IMG/VR virus record: IMGVR_UViG_3300046499_000850
Source: a virus
Lineage: Duplodnaviria; Heunggongvirae; Uroviricota; Caudoviricetes
Strand: one strand, 5' to 3'
Length of the DNA: 64,000 bases
The first letter of the stretch is position 1. Every line of letters starts with the position of its first letter. Below, piece after piece: positions 35,925-45,755 of this stretch. Below the pieces are notes generated by a model. The model saw only the letters and a program-made list of their open reading frames with translations. It made no database searches and was not told where the DNA came from. A program made the position numbers and the translations under genes.

Positions 35925-36317
35925 ATGAATCAAATTCTCATTGATGCCGTGGGAGTCCTCGATCAATTCCCGACTGTCGAACACATGTTTGACTTTTACC
36001 CGCACGGGTTTAAGGGGTTGATCGCGGACTTGTTGAAGTACCACTTCACCCACCCCGATGGCGGCGATGAATGCGATCAGATCCTGTTGGACGATATCAT
36101 GGACAAGTACCATGCGTCGGCGCAATACCAAGCCATGCTTCGCGACCCCGAGGGACCTGCCAGGGAACAATACTTGGTGATCGCGATTTACATGGTGCAC
36201 CGCACGACTTGGGAATTCGTCCGCTACCATCGCGCTATTCTCGCCGCCTGCAAGCTCAAACCCGATTCCATTCAGTTGGGGTCGGCGTTCGAGTACGTTT
36301 TACTAGAACACGTTTAG
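35925..36317 (+). CDS. Hypothetical protein
   Basis: Tightly packed operon gene, 130 aa. Confidence 0.75.
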   Translation: MNQILIDAVGVLDQFPTVEHMFDFYPHGFKGLIADLLKYHFTHPDGGDECDQILLDDIMDKYHASAQYQAMLRDPEGPAREQYLVIAIYMVHRTTWEFVRYHRAILAACKLKPDSIQLGSAFEYVLLEHV

Positions 36318-36325
36318 GAGGCCAC

Positions 36326-36739
36326 GTGGCTGTTGGTAATCACTACATCGTTAATTTCGAGGAAGCCGTGATTACGTTTCAGCGTAAGATGGCCCGCGAA
36401 GATCTGCCCACTATTGACTGCGACCAGGTAAAGTGGAAAATACTGGAGATATTCGAACACATCGAACCGCTCATCCATCTGAAACACCTAGTAGATGAAA
36501 TGGTGCGGCACGATTGGTTGTATTCGAATGTCGAGTTTGTACACACGACTTTTGAAGATGCTCTGCGCCAGCGTATCGAGTTAAATCAATATTTGCATGC
36601 ATGTATTATGGAACTGGGTCTTAGCATGCACGCCAAGTTGGTGGAGCTTGGTATGTTAAGGAAAGGCACAGAACGCTACAAAGTCACCAACCGGCCACTC
36701 GACAATGAAACTTACACCTTACGACAGACTCGTGACTAG
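36326..36739 (+). CDS. Hypothetical protein (paralog family member)
   Basis: AGGAGG SD before GTG 36326; C-terminal LGLSMHAKLVELGML. Confidence 0.75.
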   Translation: MAVGNHYIVNFEEAVITFQRKMAREDLPTIDCDQVKWKILEIFEHIEPLIHLKHLVDEMVRHDWLYSNVEFVHTTFEDALRQRIELNQYLHACIMELGLSMHAKLVELGMLRKGTERYKVTNRPLDNETYTLRQTRD

Positions 36740-36743
36740 CGAC

Positions 36744-37364
36744 ATGCCTAGTTACACCCCACCTGGGTATGTCGCGCCGCCACCTGCACCGGCGCCAGCG
36801 TATCCGGATCTGTACATCCTCAAAGTCGACGACTTGGTCGAAGGCTTTATTTTTGAATGGGACCGCATCATCACCAACGAAATCATGACGACCCCGGTTC
36901 CCATGGAATCCGAGGTGGTGTTCCCCGAAGTCTACACCATCGCCCCAGATGGCAGTCTGCACAAGAGTGTCTATCTGGCGCAACATGTATCAGAACGCGC
37001 AGCGCCATGGCATCCAGACATCAGCATGGTGGTCTGCGCGGCCTTGGAGAGCATCAAGGCGAAGCGGGATATCGAACAGGACCCAAGCTTGACTTTGGGC
37101 ACACTCTGGGTCGATGTGGTACAAATGGCCGACATCCAAATCCGTTCCAATATCTGCGAAAGTGTGGTGCCCGCGGCGATTTCCAGTGCCCGGCAACATA
37201 TCGCACGGTTGGCGATGTCGTTTGGTAAACAACTTTATCAACGGTTGGTGGAATATGGGCTCTATAAAAATGGCACCTTCCCATACCACTACATCGGTTG
37301 GGAGGGCGATTGTGCCATCGTGGCACTCGATGATGACCCTCAGGTGGAGATATGTACGATGTAA
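36744..37364 (+). CDS. Hypothetical protein (paralog family member)
   Basis: C-terminal FGKQLYQRLVEYGLYKNGTFPY. Confidence 0.75.
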   Translation: MPSYTPPGYVAPPPAPAPAYPDLYILKVDDLVEGFIFEWDRIITNEIMTTPVPMESEVVFPEVYTIAPDGSLHKSVYLAQHVSERAAPWHPDISMVVCAALESIKAKRDIEQDPSLTLGTLWVDVVQMADIQIRSNICESVVPAAISSARQHIARLAMSFGKQLYQRLVEYGLYKNGTFPYHYIGWEGDCAIVALDDDPQVEICTM

Positions 37365-37705
37365 CCATTCTCGACACGATGGAGATGGTGACTGGATTTG
37401 AGCACGCCTTGGGTTATTCGATCTCGCCCGAAGACAAGCTACAAGTTTTCCGTCAACTGTTCTATATCTTGGACGAGTGTACCCCGTTAGACATGTACGA
37501 TCGCAAGATTTTATCGTACGATGAACTTTTGTTTGCCAATCATCTGAATGTGGACCATGACGCTGTTGACAAGATTGCCTACCATTTACTGGTGCATTTG
37601 TGGCAATTGTTGCAAGATCGTGGTCTCTATAGTGACGGTCGGTTGATGTACATTCCTTACAGCATTCAAGGCTGGGATCTGTGCGTTCACCGCTGTAAGA
37701 ACTAA
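37352..37705 (+). CDS. Hypothetical protein (paralog family member)
   Basis: GGAG SD; C-terminal LWQLLQDRGLYSDGRLMY. Confidence 0.75.
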   Translation: MYDVTILDTMEMVTGFEHALGYSISPEDKLQVFRQLFYILDECTPLDMYDRKILSYDELLFANHLNVDHDAVDKIAYHLLVHLWQLLQDRGLYSDGRLMYIPYSIQGWDLCVHRCKN

Positions 37706-37723
37706 CTCAGATGGAGTCTTTAC

Positions 37724-38143
37724 ATGAACGTAGAAGTCGGTGGCACCTACTCGTTTAGTGTGTATCCCGTAGCGGTACTGGGTACCGCTTTCAAGAACGT
37801 CCTGATCATGGACAACCTCAGCGCGGAGACCGCCATCGCGCTGGGGGAGGATATTTACGCTCGCCACGCGTTGATCGCGCCGTCGTTGCCGGATACTACC
37901 CAGAAGAAAGATCCGACCAAGTACCGGTATCTGAAAATCAAGCTGCCGTCGGGTAAGACCCAGATCATCGCGCTGGAGTGGGTTAACCTCAGCACCGTGG
38001 AACTGGTGAACCTCGGTCGCTTTAGCATTACCATCGACAACGAGTCGAGTACCAGCCAAGCCAAGCTGCTGGAATGCTTGGCCGCCAACGGATTTAAAAT
38101 CAGCGCAATCGACTTCCAATCGATTGCTACAGTGCCGGTATAA
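37724..38143 (+). CDS. Conserved small beta-rich protein preceding DNA polymerase (phiKZ gp49-like)
   Basis: GGAG SD; YSFSVYPVAVLG...DPTKYRYLKIK...ALEWV; called from gene order. Confidence 0.65.
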   Translation: MNVEVGGTYSFSVYPVAVLGTAFKNVLIMDNLSAETAIALGEDIYARHALIAPSLPDTTQKKDPTKYRYLKIKLPSGKTQIIALEWVNLSTVELVNLGRFSITIDNESSTSQAKLLECLAANGFKISAIDFQSIATVPV

Positions 38144-38509
38144 TCGTTTTTTATCCGCGATCCGTATAAAGTGCAGTAGAGGGCTTCACACATCCTCGAA
38201 GGCGGTTGCAGGGACCTGGCCCAGCGACCGACTCACACTCTGTTTGCGACGGAGTGGTGTGGTGAGCGGTGTTATTGTGAAACAAGGATGTGTAGCGTAA
38301 GGTGGCGCGAAGTGGCGAAAGCTGGTGCGTTTGCTAAATTGTCGATCTGCCTTTAATCCTTTTTGTGCATTGATCCGATGGACGTGGCGTAGTTGCTTGT
38401 CACTTCACATCCCTGAGATCGATAACACCGCTCATTCTTTTTTCATGCTTGTTCAGCATGAAGAACTGGTTTTGTTTTGAAGTCGTGATACCCTAAGCAG
38501 GGATTTATC

Positions 38510-38560
38510 GCCAAGGTGCCTTCGGGTGCCTTGGCGGCTTTTTATGACGTCTTTTTTTTG
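38510..38560 (+). terminator. Hairpin (UUCG) + TATGACGT + T-tract
   Basis: gccaaggtgcc-ttcg-ggtgccttggc, TATGACGT at 38543-38550. Confidence 0.7.
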
Positions 38561-38616
38561 GTCTTTTTTATTACATGTTCTCATGATGTAGCACGTAGCC
38601 AAACCAGGATGTTAAC

Positions 38617-40761
38617 ATGTCACGCGATAGCCCATTCATTTCCAAAGCAGAAGAATACCAGCGGGATATCAATCCGCTCCGCGATGCTGTCCACCAACAC
38701 GCCAATCACTTGGCGATCATGGCAGGTATTCCTTACGATCAAGCGCGTCAATTCGTTAAGCAACAACTCTCGGAAGGTGGTGACTTCCCGCTGCAAGAAC
38801 CAAACGCGGTATTTCTGGAACGAGATTTCGATACCGGTGACCGAGAAGAGGGCGTCATGTCGATGTCGCAGTACATCGGTGAGATCTTACAACAAGAACA
38901 AATCTTTGCCCCAACCTTTACCACCTATCACAACCCGAGGGTGCGTTTGTCGCCATTGTCGAAGTTCCAAGACGACAACGTGAAAAGTCGGGGCAAGGCC
39001 AAGAAGGCCATGTTCGTCGCTGAACAGGACGAAGGGGAAGAGAGCTTTAACTACAAGTTCTTTAAGGGCTCGCAGACCACTGAGAAGCTGGCGAACAACG
39101 CTGTATCCGGTGCCATGGTGAGTGAACACAACCCGATCACCAACAAGACCGGCCACTCGTCGCTGACCTCGTCGTGCCGCCAAACCTCAGCGTACGGTAA
39201 CGCCAACAACGAACGGTTCTTGGCCAGCAACCGCCATTACTGGTCGTATGACGTCACCCGTTACAACATTATTTCCATCATCTCGCACACCGACTTGAAA
39301 GCAGTCGAGCAAGTGATGGAAAAGTATCAACTGCATTATCCCACCGCAGAAGAAACCTTCGAAGTCGTTTACCGTTCGGCCAAATTGTATTGGAACTCGA
39401 AGCCCGGTTACAACCGGATTCGTGATCTCATCAACCGATTAACCCCGGTACAACGCGCAGCGTATGTGTACACTGGCGACATGTACCAATTGAAGGAGTT
39501 CAATGATGATTTTGTACGCGCTTTTATGGGACGCCTTATTCAACGGGTGGATGTACCTGTGGCCGATCCCGCCAGCGTCATCAAAAAATGGCCAGAAGAC
39601 TTCCTCAACCTAGCCAAGCAACTCCAGCCTGAAGTCACCAAAGGCAAGTCGCTGAAAGATATCCAGACCAACGACCCACACGGCTATGGGTTGGTGGCAG
39701 CGCAAACCGAACGGATCGCGATCACGCTCTGGCATTACGCCGACTTGATCCGCACCTTCTGGGCCACCGACAATCTGCCAGCGTCGATTGCGATGTTGCC
39801 GAGCAGCCTGCGCCGTGTGGTGTTGGTGTCCGATACCGACTCGACCATCTTCACCACCCAAGACTGGATCATCTGGTATTGCAAGCAAGTCAAGTTTGAC
39901 GCGACCTACGACGCGATCTGCGCGACTATGATCTTCTTGGCCTCGCAGTCGATTGTGCACATCCTGGCCAAGATGTCGGCCAACGTGGGTATCGGCCGCG
40001 ACCACGCCTTTACGATTGAGATGAAGAACGAATTCAAGTTCGACGTCTTTGCCTTGACGCAGCTGGGTAAGCATTACTACGCCCAGATCAGCTGCCAAGA
40101 AGGCAATATCATGAAGAAGCTGAAGAAGGAAATCAAGGGCGTGCACTTGAAATCCTCGAACGCTCCGAAAGCGCTGGTCAAGCAAAACGAGAACATGATG
40201 CTCGCCATCATGGACGACATCATGACCACGGGTAAAATTAGTGCCCTGAAGTATGTGAAGGAAGTGGCTGACCTGGAGCGCAGTATCGTGGAGTCGATCC
40301 GCAAAGGAGAATTCAAATTCCTCAAACTCAGCACGGTCAAAGACCCGGCCGCTTACAAAAACGGCGCTGAAACCTCCACTTACAAACAGTACGGCATGTG
40401 GAACGACGTGTTCGGGCAGAAGTATGGCAAGATCGCCCCGCCTCCGTACAAAGCGATTTACGTGAGTCTGGAGTTGGACAGCAAGACCAAGACCAACAAC
40501 TGGCTGGAAAAGATGCCGGACCAAACCATCGCGGCGGCGATGCGGAACTGGTTGGAAGAAAACAACCGGGATAAGATCACGTCCTTGCAGTTACCACTCC
40601 CCATTGTTTCGTCCAAGGGTATTCCGGATGAGATCATGAATGCGGTGGATGTACGTAAGATCGTGCAAAAAGCAACTGCCATGTTTTACTTGGTATTGGA
40701 AACGATTGGATTCTACTTTAACCACGATGACTTGAGCCAATTGGCCATGGACTATTATTAA
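38617..40761 (+). CDS. Family B DNA polymerase, polymerase-domain subunit (phiKZ gp50-like)
   Basis: Motif B-like Q..EKLANNAVSG, motif C SDTDST, KHYY, EIKGVHLKSS. No 3'-5' exonuclease domain is visible, consistent with the split polymerase of phiKZ-like phages. Confidence 0.9.
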   Translation: MSRDSPFISKAEEYQRDINPLRDAVHQHANHLAIMAGIPYDQARQFVKQQLSEGGDFPLQEPNAVFLERDFDTGDREEGVMSMSQYIGEILQQEQIFAPTFTTYHNPRVRLSPLSKFQDDNVKSRGKAKKAMFVAEQDEGEESFNYKFFKGSQTTEKLANNAVSGAMVSEHNPITNKTGHSSLTSSCRQTSAYGNANNERFLASNRHYWSYDVTRYNIISIISHTDLKAVEQVMEKYQLHYPTAEETFEVVYRSAKLYWNSKPGYNRIRDLINRLTPVQRAAYVYTGDMYQLKEFNDDFVRAFMGRLIQRVDVPVADPASVIKKWPEDFLNLAKQLQPEVTKGKSLKDIQTNDPHGYGLVAAQTERIAITLWHYADLIRTFWATDNLPASIAMLPSSLRRVVLVSDTDSTIFTTQDWIIWYCKQVKFDATYDAICATMIFLASQSIVHILAKMSANVGIGRDHAFTIEMKNEFKFDVFALTQLGKHYYAQISCQEGNIMKKLKKEIKGVHLKSSNAPKALVKQNENMMLAIMDDIMTTGKISALKYVKEVADLERSIVESIRKGEFKFLKLSTVKDPAAYKNGAETSTYKQYGMWNDVFGQKYGKIAPPPYKAIYVSLELDSKTKTNNWLEKMPDQTIAAAMRNWLEENNRDKITSLQLPLPIVSSKGIPDEIMNAVDVRKIVQKATAMFYLVLETIGFYFNHDDLSQLAMDYY

Positions 40762-40806
40762 CGGCATACCTCTCTCCTACCCGTGGGTAGGAGAGAGGAT
40801 GTCATC
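40761..40806. terminator. Hairpin between convergent genes with minus-strand TATGCCGT
   Basis: ACGGCATA at 40761-40768, then cctctctcctaccc-gt-gggtaggagagagg. Confidence 0.8.
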
Positions 40807-40816
40807 GTGAGATGAG

Positions 40817-42124
40817 TTAGGCAGCAGCCGGTTCTTGGAAATTGTTGGTAACCATTTCCGACAGCGACAACCAGAACTTGTTGTGACGTGCCGCCACGTC
40901 CAGCAGCTTGGCGGCCGGTTGGGTTGCCCAGTTGGCGTACGCACTGGTGAGTGGCATCAGACGCTTGGCGGTGGTCATGCCTTCTTTGTTGTCTTCCTTG
41001 ACACGTTCCAGCATCTTGCTGCACGCTTGCTCGACCTTCTGAACCGCCTCTTCGAGTTGCTTGAAGTGGGCGTCTTTGTGGGCGATCAGCTGGTTGATGA
41101 AGTTGAGCTTATGCTGAACGTCAGCCTTCACCATGTCCGGGGTCGTATCGTTCCTGTACGACACCACGCCGGCGGCAGCGAAGCTGGTATGCTGGTCGAC
41201 TTTGAAGCGGATCTTGCACAGGTAGGCGAGTTTGGTCTCGAACGAGTTGGCTTGGTTCTCGATGGTATCGGAGAAACCTTCCGCTTCGACCTTCATCTGG
41301 GCCACGTTGAACGTGTACTTGTCTTTGTCCTTGCCGTCACCCTTCGACAGGCCGAGCTTCTTGCAGTACTCGCCCATCTTGCGGCTCATGAAGTCGACCA
41401 TGTCGCCGAGTTCGGACACGTTGATACCGTCGAACTTGTCGTAACCTTCCGCGATGGCGTGGCCGAGGTTTACCATGAGGCTACCTTGGGTGTCGGTGGC
41501 GCCGACGACGAAGTCTTCGAAGCGTTTATCGCGACCGGCGATGCCGCCGAACAGTTCGCTCAGGTTCAGGCCGGCGATGATGTTGGCGTAGTTGAAGATG
41601 TCCTTGATCTCGATCTTGTCGTTCTTGATGTTCGGCACGTAACCTTTCATGCCGTTCAGCCGCTCGATCAGTTTCTCGGCGTGTTTCTTGTTCTGCTCCA
41701 GGGTCGAGAAGTAGGTAGTCAGCCAGTGCTTCAGGCCGACCCACATGTTCTTGATCGCGGTCACGATCGCGTCCCAGATCGACTTCAGCGTGCTGACGAT
41801 ACCCTCAACACTCACGTCTTGACCGTCGGTCACCGGCAGACTGATGACTTCTTCCGGGTCGGCATCGGTACCAGCCACGGCCATGTCACCCACGGCACCG
41901 ACCAGGTCTTGTTCGACTTGACCGACTTCCGGGGTCTCGTCGACCACCAACACAGCGTCTTGCGCTACTTCAGCCACTTCGGTGATACGGTCGGCTTCAG
42001 CAGTTGCCGCATCGACCGCGATCGAGGCTTCGTTGTGTTCGTCCTGGAGGATGGCTTCCTCTTCGACGGAAAGGGTCGGGACCGGAACCGGTTGCGGTGT
42101 CGGTTTTTCCAAATGACGTTTCAT
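40817..42124 (-). CDS. Internal head (ejection) protein with acidic propeptide
   Basis: Acidic N-terminus with SVE-E and SVE-G cleavage-like sites, then an amphipathic helix (GIVSTLKSIWDAIVTAIKNMW) typical of phiKZ-like inner head proteins. Confidence 0.7.
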   Translation of the reverse strand: MKRHLEKPTPQPVPVPTLSVEEEAILQDEHNEASIAVDAATAEADRITEVAEVAQDAVLVVDETPEVGQVEQDLVGAVGDMAVAGTDADPEEVISLPVTDGQDVSVEGIVSTLKSIWDAIVTAIKNMWVGLKHWLTTYFSTLEQNKKHAEKLIERLNGMKGYVPNIKNDKIEIKDIFNYANIIAGLNLSELFGGIAGRDKRFEDFVVGATDTQGSLMVNLGHAIAEGYDKFDGINVSELGDMVDFMSRKMGEYCKKLGLSKGDGKDKDKYTFNVAQMKVEAEGFSDTIENQANSFETKLAYLCKIRFKVDQHTSFAAAGVVSYRNDTTPDMVKADVQHKLNFINQLIAHKDAHFKQLEEAVQKVEQACSKMLERVKEDNKEGMTTAKRLMPLTSAYANWATQPAAKLLDVAARHNKFWLSLSEMVTNNFQEPAAA

Positions 42125-42145
42125 GGTTTTACCTTCTATTAAAAG

Positions 42146-43249
42146 TTACAATGATACCAAGATCTCATCGATCATGGCCATTGCGGATTGGTGCAGCTCT
42201 TTGGGGAGTGTGGAATCCAACACACGTTGTTTCTTCAACCGGGTCAGGGTGATCATGATGTCAGCCAACCCGGTTTGGTTTTGAACCCGCTCCACTTTCT
42301 TGGAAACTTGGATCAAGAATAACAACATGGGAAGGCGTGCTAATATCACCGACCATAGAATTTGTCGGGTCGGTGCAACGTCGGGCACAAACATCACTGC
42401 ACGCATGTCCGGCTGGGTCGCTGCAGGTACGGCAGCCAATAGGGCAGGGGCGCTATAACTAGAACCCTTGAGGATTTCCATCAGCCGAACATACACGTTG
42501 TCAACTTGACGATGGTACGTCGGCATATGGACCGCTTCACGGGCCGGTGCGTTGTTCAGTGGTCGGTCTAACCACAACGCGTTGACCCGGTTGAACAAAG
42601 CATAGTCCAGATAACTCTCCAGCATATTCGGTAGCACGTACATATGCATGAACTGTTGGATGTTGCGCTGGGTATAATCGGGATTGGCGACTTGTTTACG
42701 CTGCTCCGCATTGCGAAACGCCCGGTACTGCACCGCCAGCAAACTCACGTTCACGGCCACCACAGCGAGTCCTGCTTCTTGGCTAACAAACCGCCCATTC
42801 GGCACTTGCAGATTCAGGTTGGTAAACGGATGGCGTAGCACACGCACTGGGGTAGCGTCTTCCCAACGCGCTTCGACTTTCTCCATGTTGAAGGCTTCAT
42901 CAAAACCGATGATGACTTCTTGGACGGTCTTGTTAAAGAACACCCCACGGAAGATCTTGCCACTGCCAAACGGGGTGGTGAATTGGAAACTATTCGCCAC
43001 CGGCAAGGCATTGATACTGATGTTACTGTAATACCGTTCGCTGTTGAGCGACAACGGGACATTGATGGACTGAAGCAGTTGCACTAACAGGTGATCGGGC
43101 GCCACACTGTAACTGGCATGTCGGTAGTGAAACAACATGGCAACCAGGTTTCTCTTGAGTCCATCTTGTACGGCTTTCCATTCAGGAAGCTTTACGACGC
43201 CGTACTCTTTTTTAGGGTCGACATCAACGAGACTGTACATGGATGACAT
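42146..43249 (-). CDS. Conserved phiKZ-like hypothetical protein (gp52-like position)
   Basis: 367 aa on the minus strand between DNA polymerase and chimallin. Confidence 0.6.
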   Translation of the reverse strand: MSSMYSLVDVDPKKEYGVVKLPEWKAVQDGLKRNLVAMLFHYRHASYSVAPDHLLVQLLQSINVPLSLNSERYYSNISINALPVANSFQFTTPFGSGKIFRGVFFNKTVQEVIIGFDEAFNMEKVEARWEDATPVRVLRHPFTNLNLQVPNGRFVSQEAGLAVVAVNVSLLAVQYRAFRNAEQRKQVANPDYTQRNIQQFMHMYVLPNMLESYLDYALFNRVNALWLDRPLNNAPAREAVHMPTYHRQVDNVYVRLMEILKGSSYSAPALLAAVPAATQPDMRAVMFVPDVAPTRQILWSVILARLPMLLFLIQVSKKVERVQNQTGLADIMITLTRLKKQRVLDSTLPKELHQSAMAMIDEILVSL

Positions 43250-43501
43250 TCACCACAGAAGAGGGAAGAAGGGTTGACATACGATTGCAGTCACCCATCT
43301 CTTAGCTAGAAAAATACCCATACTAACTATCTGTTAGAGGTGTTGGTTAGCGAGAGATTACAGGAAGGGAAGAAGATGCAAAAGTAAAAAAATACACTCT
43401 CACCCCCATGTTATAGTGGAAGCGATGACAGCTTCACACGTTGATTGTGGTATGCTCTGTCTTCGTCAATAATTGCCATTTAGCAAAACGGATCTGGTGC
43501 T

Positions 43502-43535
43502 AAATCTTTTTAGCACTATATCACTAAACTGACCT
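43502..43535 (+). promoter_or_regulatory. Putative early promoter of chimallin
   Basis: aaatcttttt...TATATCAC (43517-43524)...TGAC. Confidence 0.75.
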
Positions 43536-43611
43536 AGCTAGAGATAGCCGCGGTTACAAGTTTGTTTGCGCAAACAAATTAACAAAATCTTTACGACAAA
43601 AAGGAAACAGC

Positions 43612-45636
43612 ATGAAAACTGGTACCCAGAACCCGGCCCCGAACACCAACACCGGTGGCCAACAGAATGACCAGATGGCACAAGCCTACACCCAAGCCGC
43701 CGGTCAAGCCGGCCAGGGTCAAGCCAACTATCAGCAGCCGCCGCAAGGTGGCGCTCCCGTCGGCGGCGCCCGTCCGGGTGGCATCAGCGCTCTGCTGAGC
43801 CGTGGTCGCATCGGCGGCATGCCGCAGAACGGTGGCCGCGATGTCGCCGAACTGGCGAAGAAACTGCAAGATTACTACGAGACCCAGAAGACCACCGACC
43901 TGAACGGTATCAACGTCCGCATCGTCCCGGCAACCCGCGGTTCGATCATCGGCGCCGAGAACAACAGCAACGCGATCGGCCTGATCATGGTCATCGTCGA
44001 AGGCTCGGACAACCGCGTCGCCTACCACACCCTGCTGATCGCGTCCGACATGTCGATGACCGCACCGACCCGCACCAACGAACTGTACGGTCAGTACGCA
44101 CAAGAGCAGATCACCGCTCCGCGTACCCCGGCAACCCTGGCCGACGAAGCCCTGGCCAAGGTCATCCGTTTCCGCGTCGCGCAGATCGTCCCGCAGAGCA
44201 ACCTGATCAACGCCGACTGGACCACGGTGCCGACCAGCTTCAAGATCAACGATCCGGTCGCTGTCGCCACCCTGTTCCTGAACGCACTGCGCGCCTGCTG
44301 GACCGAACTGGAAACCAAGACCCCGGGTTTCCGTTACGACAGCCTGTCGAGCGTCGCCGGCGACGGCATCCTGGTCAACTCGGTGCACTTCAACCAAGAC
44401 CAGGTCAACCCCCCGGTGGAAGCATTCGACCCGGCCGGCAATCCGATCCGTGGCGAAGTCGTCGCAGCCTTCCGTTCGGAGCAGCCGCGTCAGACCAACC
44501 GCGCCGACCAGACCGAAAACACCGCAGGCGTGATGGACCTGGGCACCACCCTGGCCTCGATCACCCTGAATATCGATCCGGTCCCGGCACGTGCCAACCG
44601 TTACATGGGCATGCCGGCGCAGCAAGGCAACGAAGCCACCCAGGAATACAGCGCTGAAGTGACCATGACCGGTTTCGACATGCGCCTGACCCCGGACCTC
44701 GGCAATGTCCTGCTGCAGCTGTCGACGATCTTCGCGGTGCTGAACTCGCAAGAGCGTCCGTGGCTGCGCAACTTCCTGCCGCGTCACCTGCAAATGAACG
44801 GCGCGTCGCCGACCCGTCACGACAACTTCCGTCCGCGTGACCTGGGCGCCCTGAACTTCGACTACGGCCTGAAAACCATGGTCGACGGCCAGATGGTCGT
44901 GGCACCGTTCCCGACCAACAACCAGAACGAGTTCGGCATCGAGAATTACTACGCGCTGGTCAACGCAATCATCCAGCCGGCGCCGGCGCTGTCGATCGAC
45001 TGCGGTATCGCTGGTGCGGAAACCTGGTTCACCCGTATCTTCGCTGAAGCTAGCGATGTGCCGGAAGCCTACCAGGCGATCGTGTCGGCGATGGACGCCC
45101 TGACGGACAACCGTTTCAGCCAGCTGTTCTTCACCCCGCAGTCGAGCCGCCTGATCGTCCTGCCGCGCGCCGAGCGCGTGCTGAATGGTTTCTACATCGA
45201 CGGCGACGGTCGTCCGCAAGACCTGCGCAACGTGGACCTGCTGTTCGTCATGAACGCCAAGGGTCACGAAGATCCGGAAATCGGCCGCCGCTGGGCCGCT
45301 ACCTTCGGTGGCAGCAACGATGCTCAACTGGCCGCCCGTGCCAAGATCATCGAGCAGGTCGTACACAACGTGACCTACACCGGCATCTCGATCCACAAGA
45401 CCTTCCACCCGGACTTCATCCGTGCGGCAGACCAGTCGATCGAGCAAACCGGTTTGCGTCCGCGTATCGAAATCGCCCAGCAGGACAACCGCATGGCAAT
45501 GCGTACGCCGTACGGTCTGGCGCAAGCAGGTGCGCTCAACGCCGGCTTCGTGCCGACGATGTTCCAGAACGGCCCGGCCTACGGCGGCGGCGCGCAGGCT
45601 GGCTACCGCAGCATGGCGCACACCCGCACGTACTAA
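43612..45636 (+). CDS. chmA: Chimallin, major phage nucleus shell protein (phiKZ gp54-like)
   Basis: 674 aa with a disordered Q/G N-terminus and very strong codon bias. Early promoter upstream, terminator downstream, and directly before nvRNAP beta'-N. GNPIRGEV, RPRDLGALN and GFYIDGDGRPQDLRNVDLL resemble ChmA segments. Confidence 0.85.
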   Translation: MKTGTQNPAPNTNTGGQQNDQMAQAYTQAAGQAGQGQANYQQPPQGGAPVGGARPGGISALLSRGRIGGMPQNGGRDVAELAKKLQDYYETQKTTDLNGINVRIVPATRGSIIGAENNSNAIGLIMVIVEGSDNRVAYHTLLIASDMSMTAPTRTNELYGQYAQEQITAPRTPATLADEALAKVIRFRVAQIVPQSNLINADWTTVPTSFKINDPVAVATLFLNALRACWTELETKTPGFRYDSLSSVAGDGILVNSVHFNQDQVNPPVEAFDPAGNPIRGEVVAAFRSEQPRQTNRADQTENTAGVMDLGTTLASITLNIDPVPARANRYMGMPAQQGNEATQEYSAEVTMTGFDMRLTPDLGNVLLQLSTIFAVLNSQERPWLRNFLPRHLQMNGASPTRHDNFRPRDLGALNFDYGLKTMVDGQMVVAPFPTNNQNEFGIENYYALVNAIIQPAPALSIDCGIAGAETWFTRIFAEASDVPEAYQAIVSAMDALTDNRFSQLFFTPQSSRLIVLPRAERVLNGFYIDGDGRPQDLRNVDLLFVMNAKGHEDPEIGRRWAATFGGSNDAQLAARAKIIEQVVHNVTYTGISIHKTFHPDFIRAADQSIEQTGLRPRIEIAQQDNRMAMRTPYGLAQAGALNAGFVPTMFQNGPAYGGGAQAGYRSMAHTRTY

Positions 45637-45662
45637 TCTGGTCGCAGTAACTCGTTAAGAGG

Positions 45663-45700
45663 AAAAGTGGAACCCTCGCGGGTTCCACTTTTTTTTCTTT
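45663..45700 (+). terminator. Intrinsic terminator after chmA
   Basis: aaaagtggaaccc-tcgc-gggttccactttt followed by a T-tract. Confidence 0.85.
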
Positions 45701-45755
45701 ACGGGGAGAACAAAAAGCAATAATAGTTATTTATTTCCTGCCAGAGGAGTGTATC

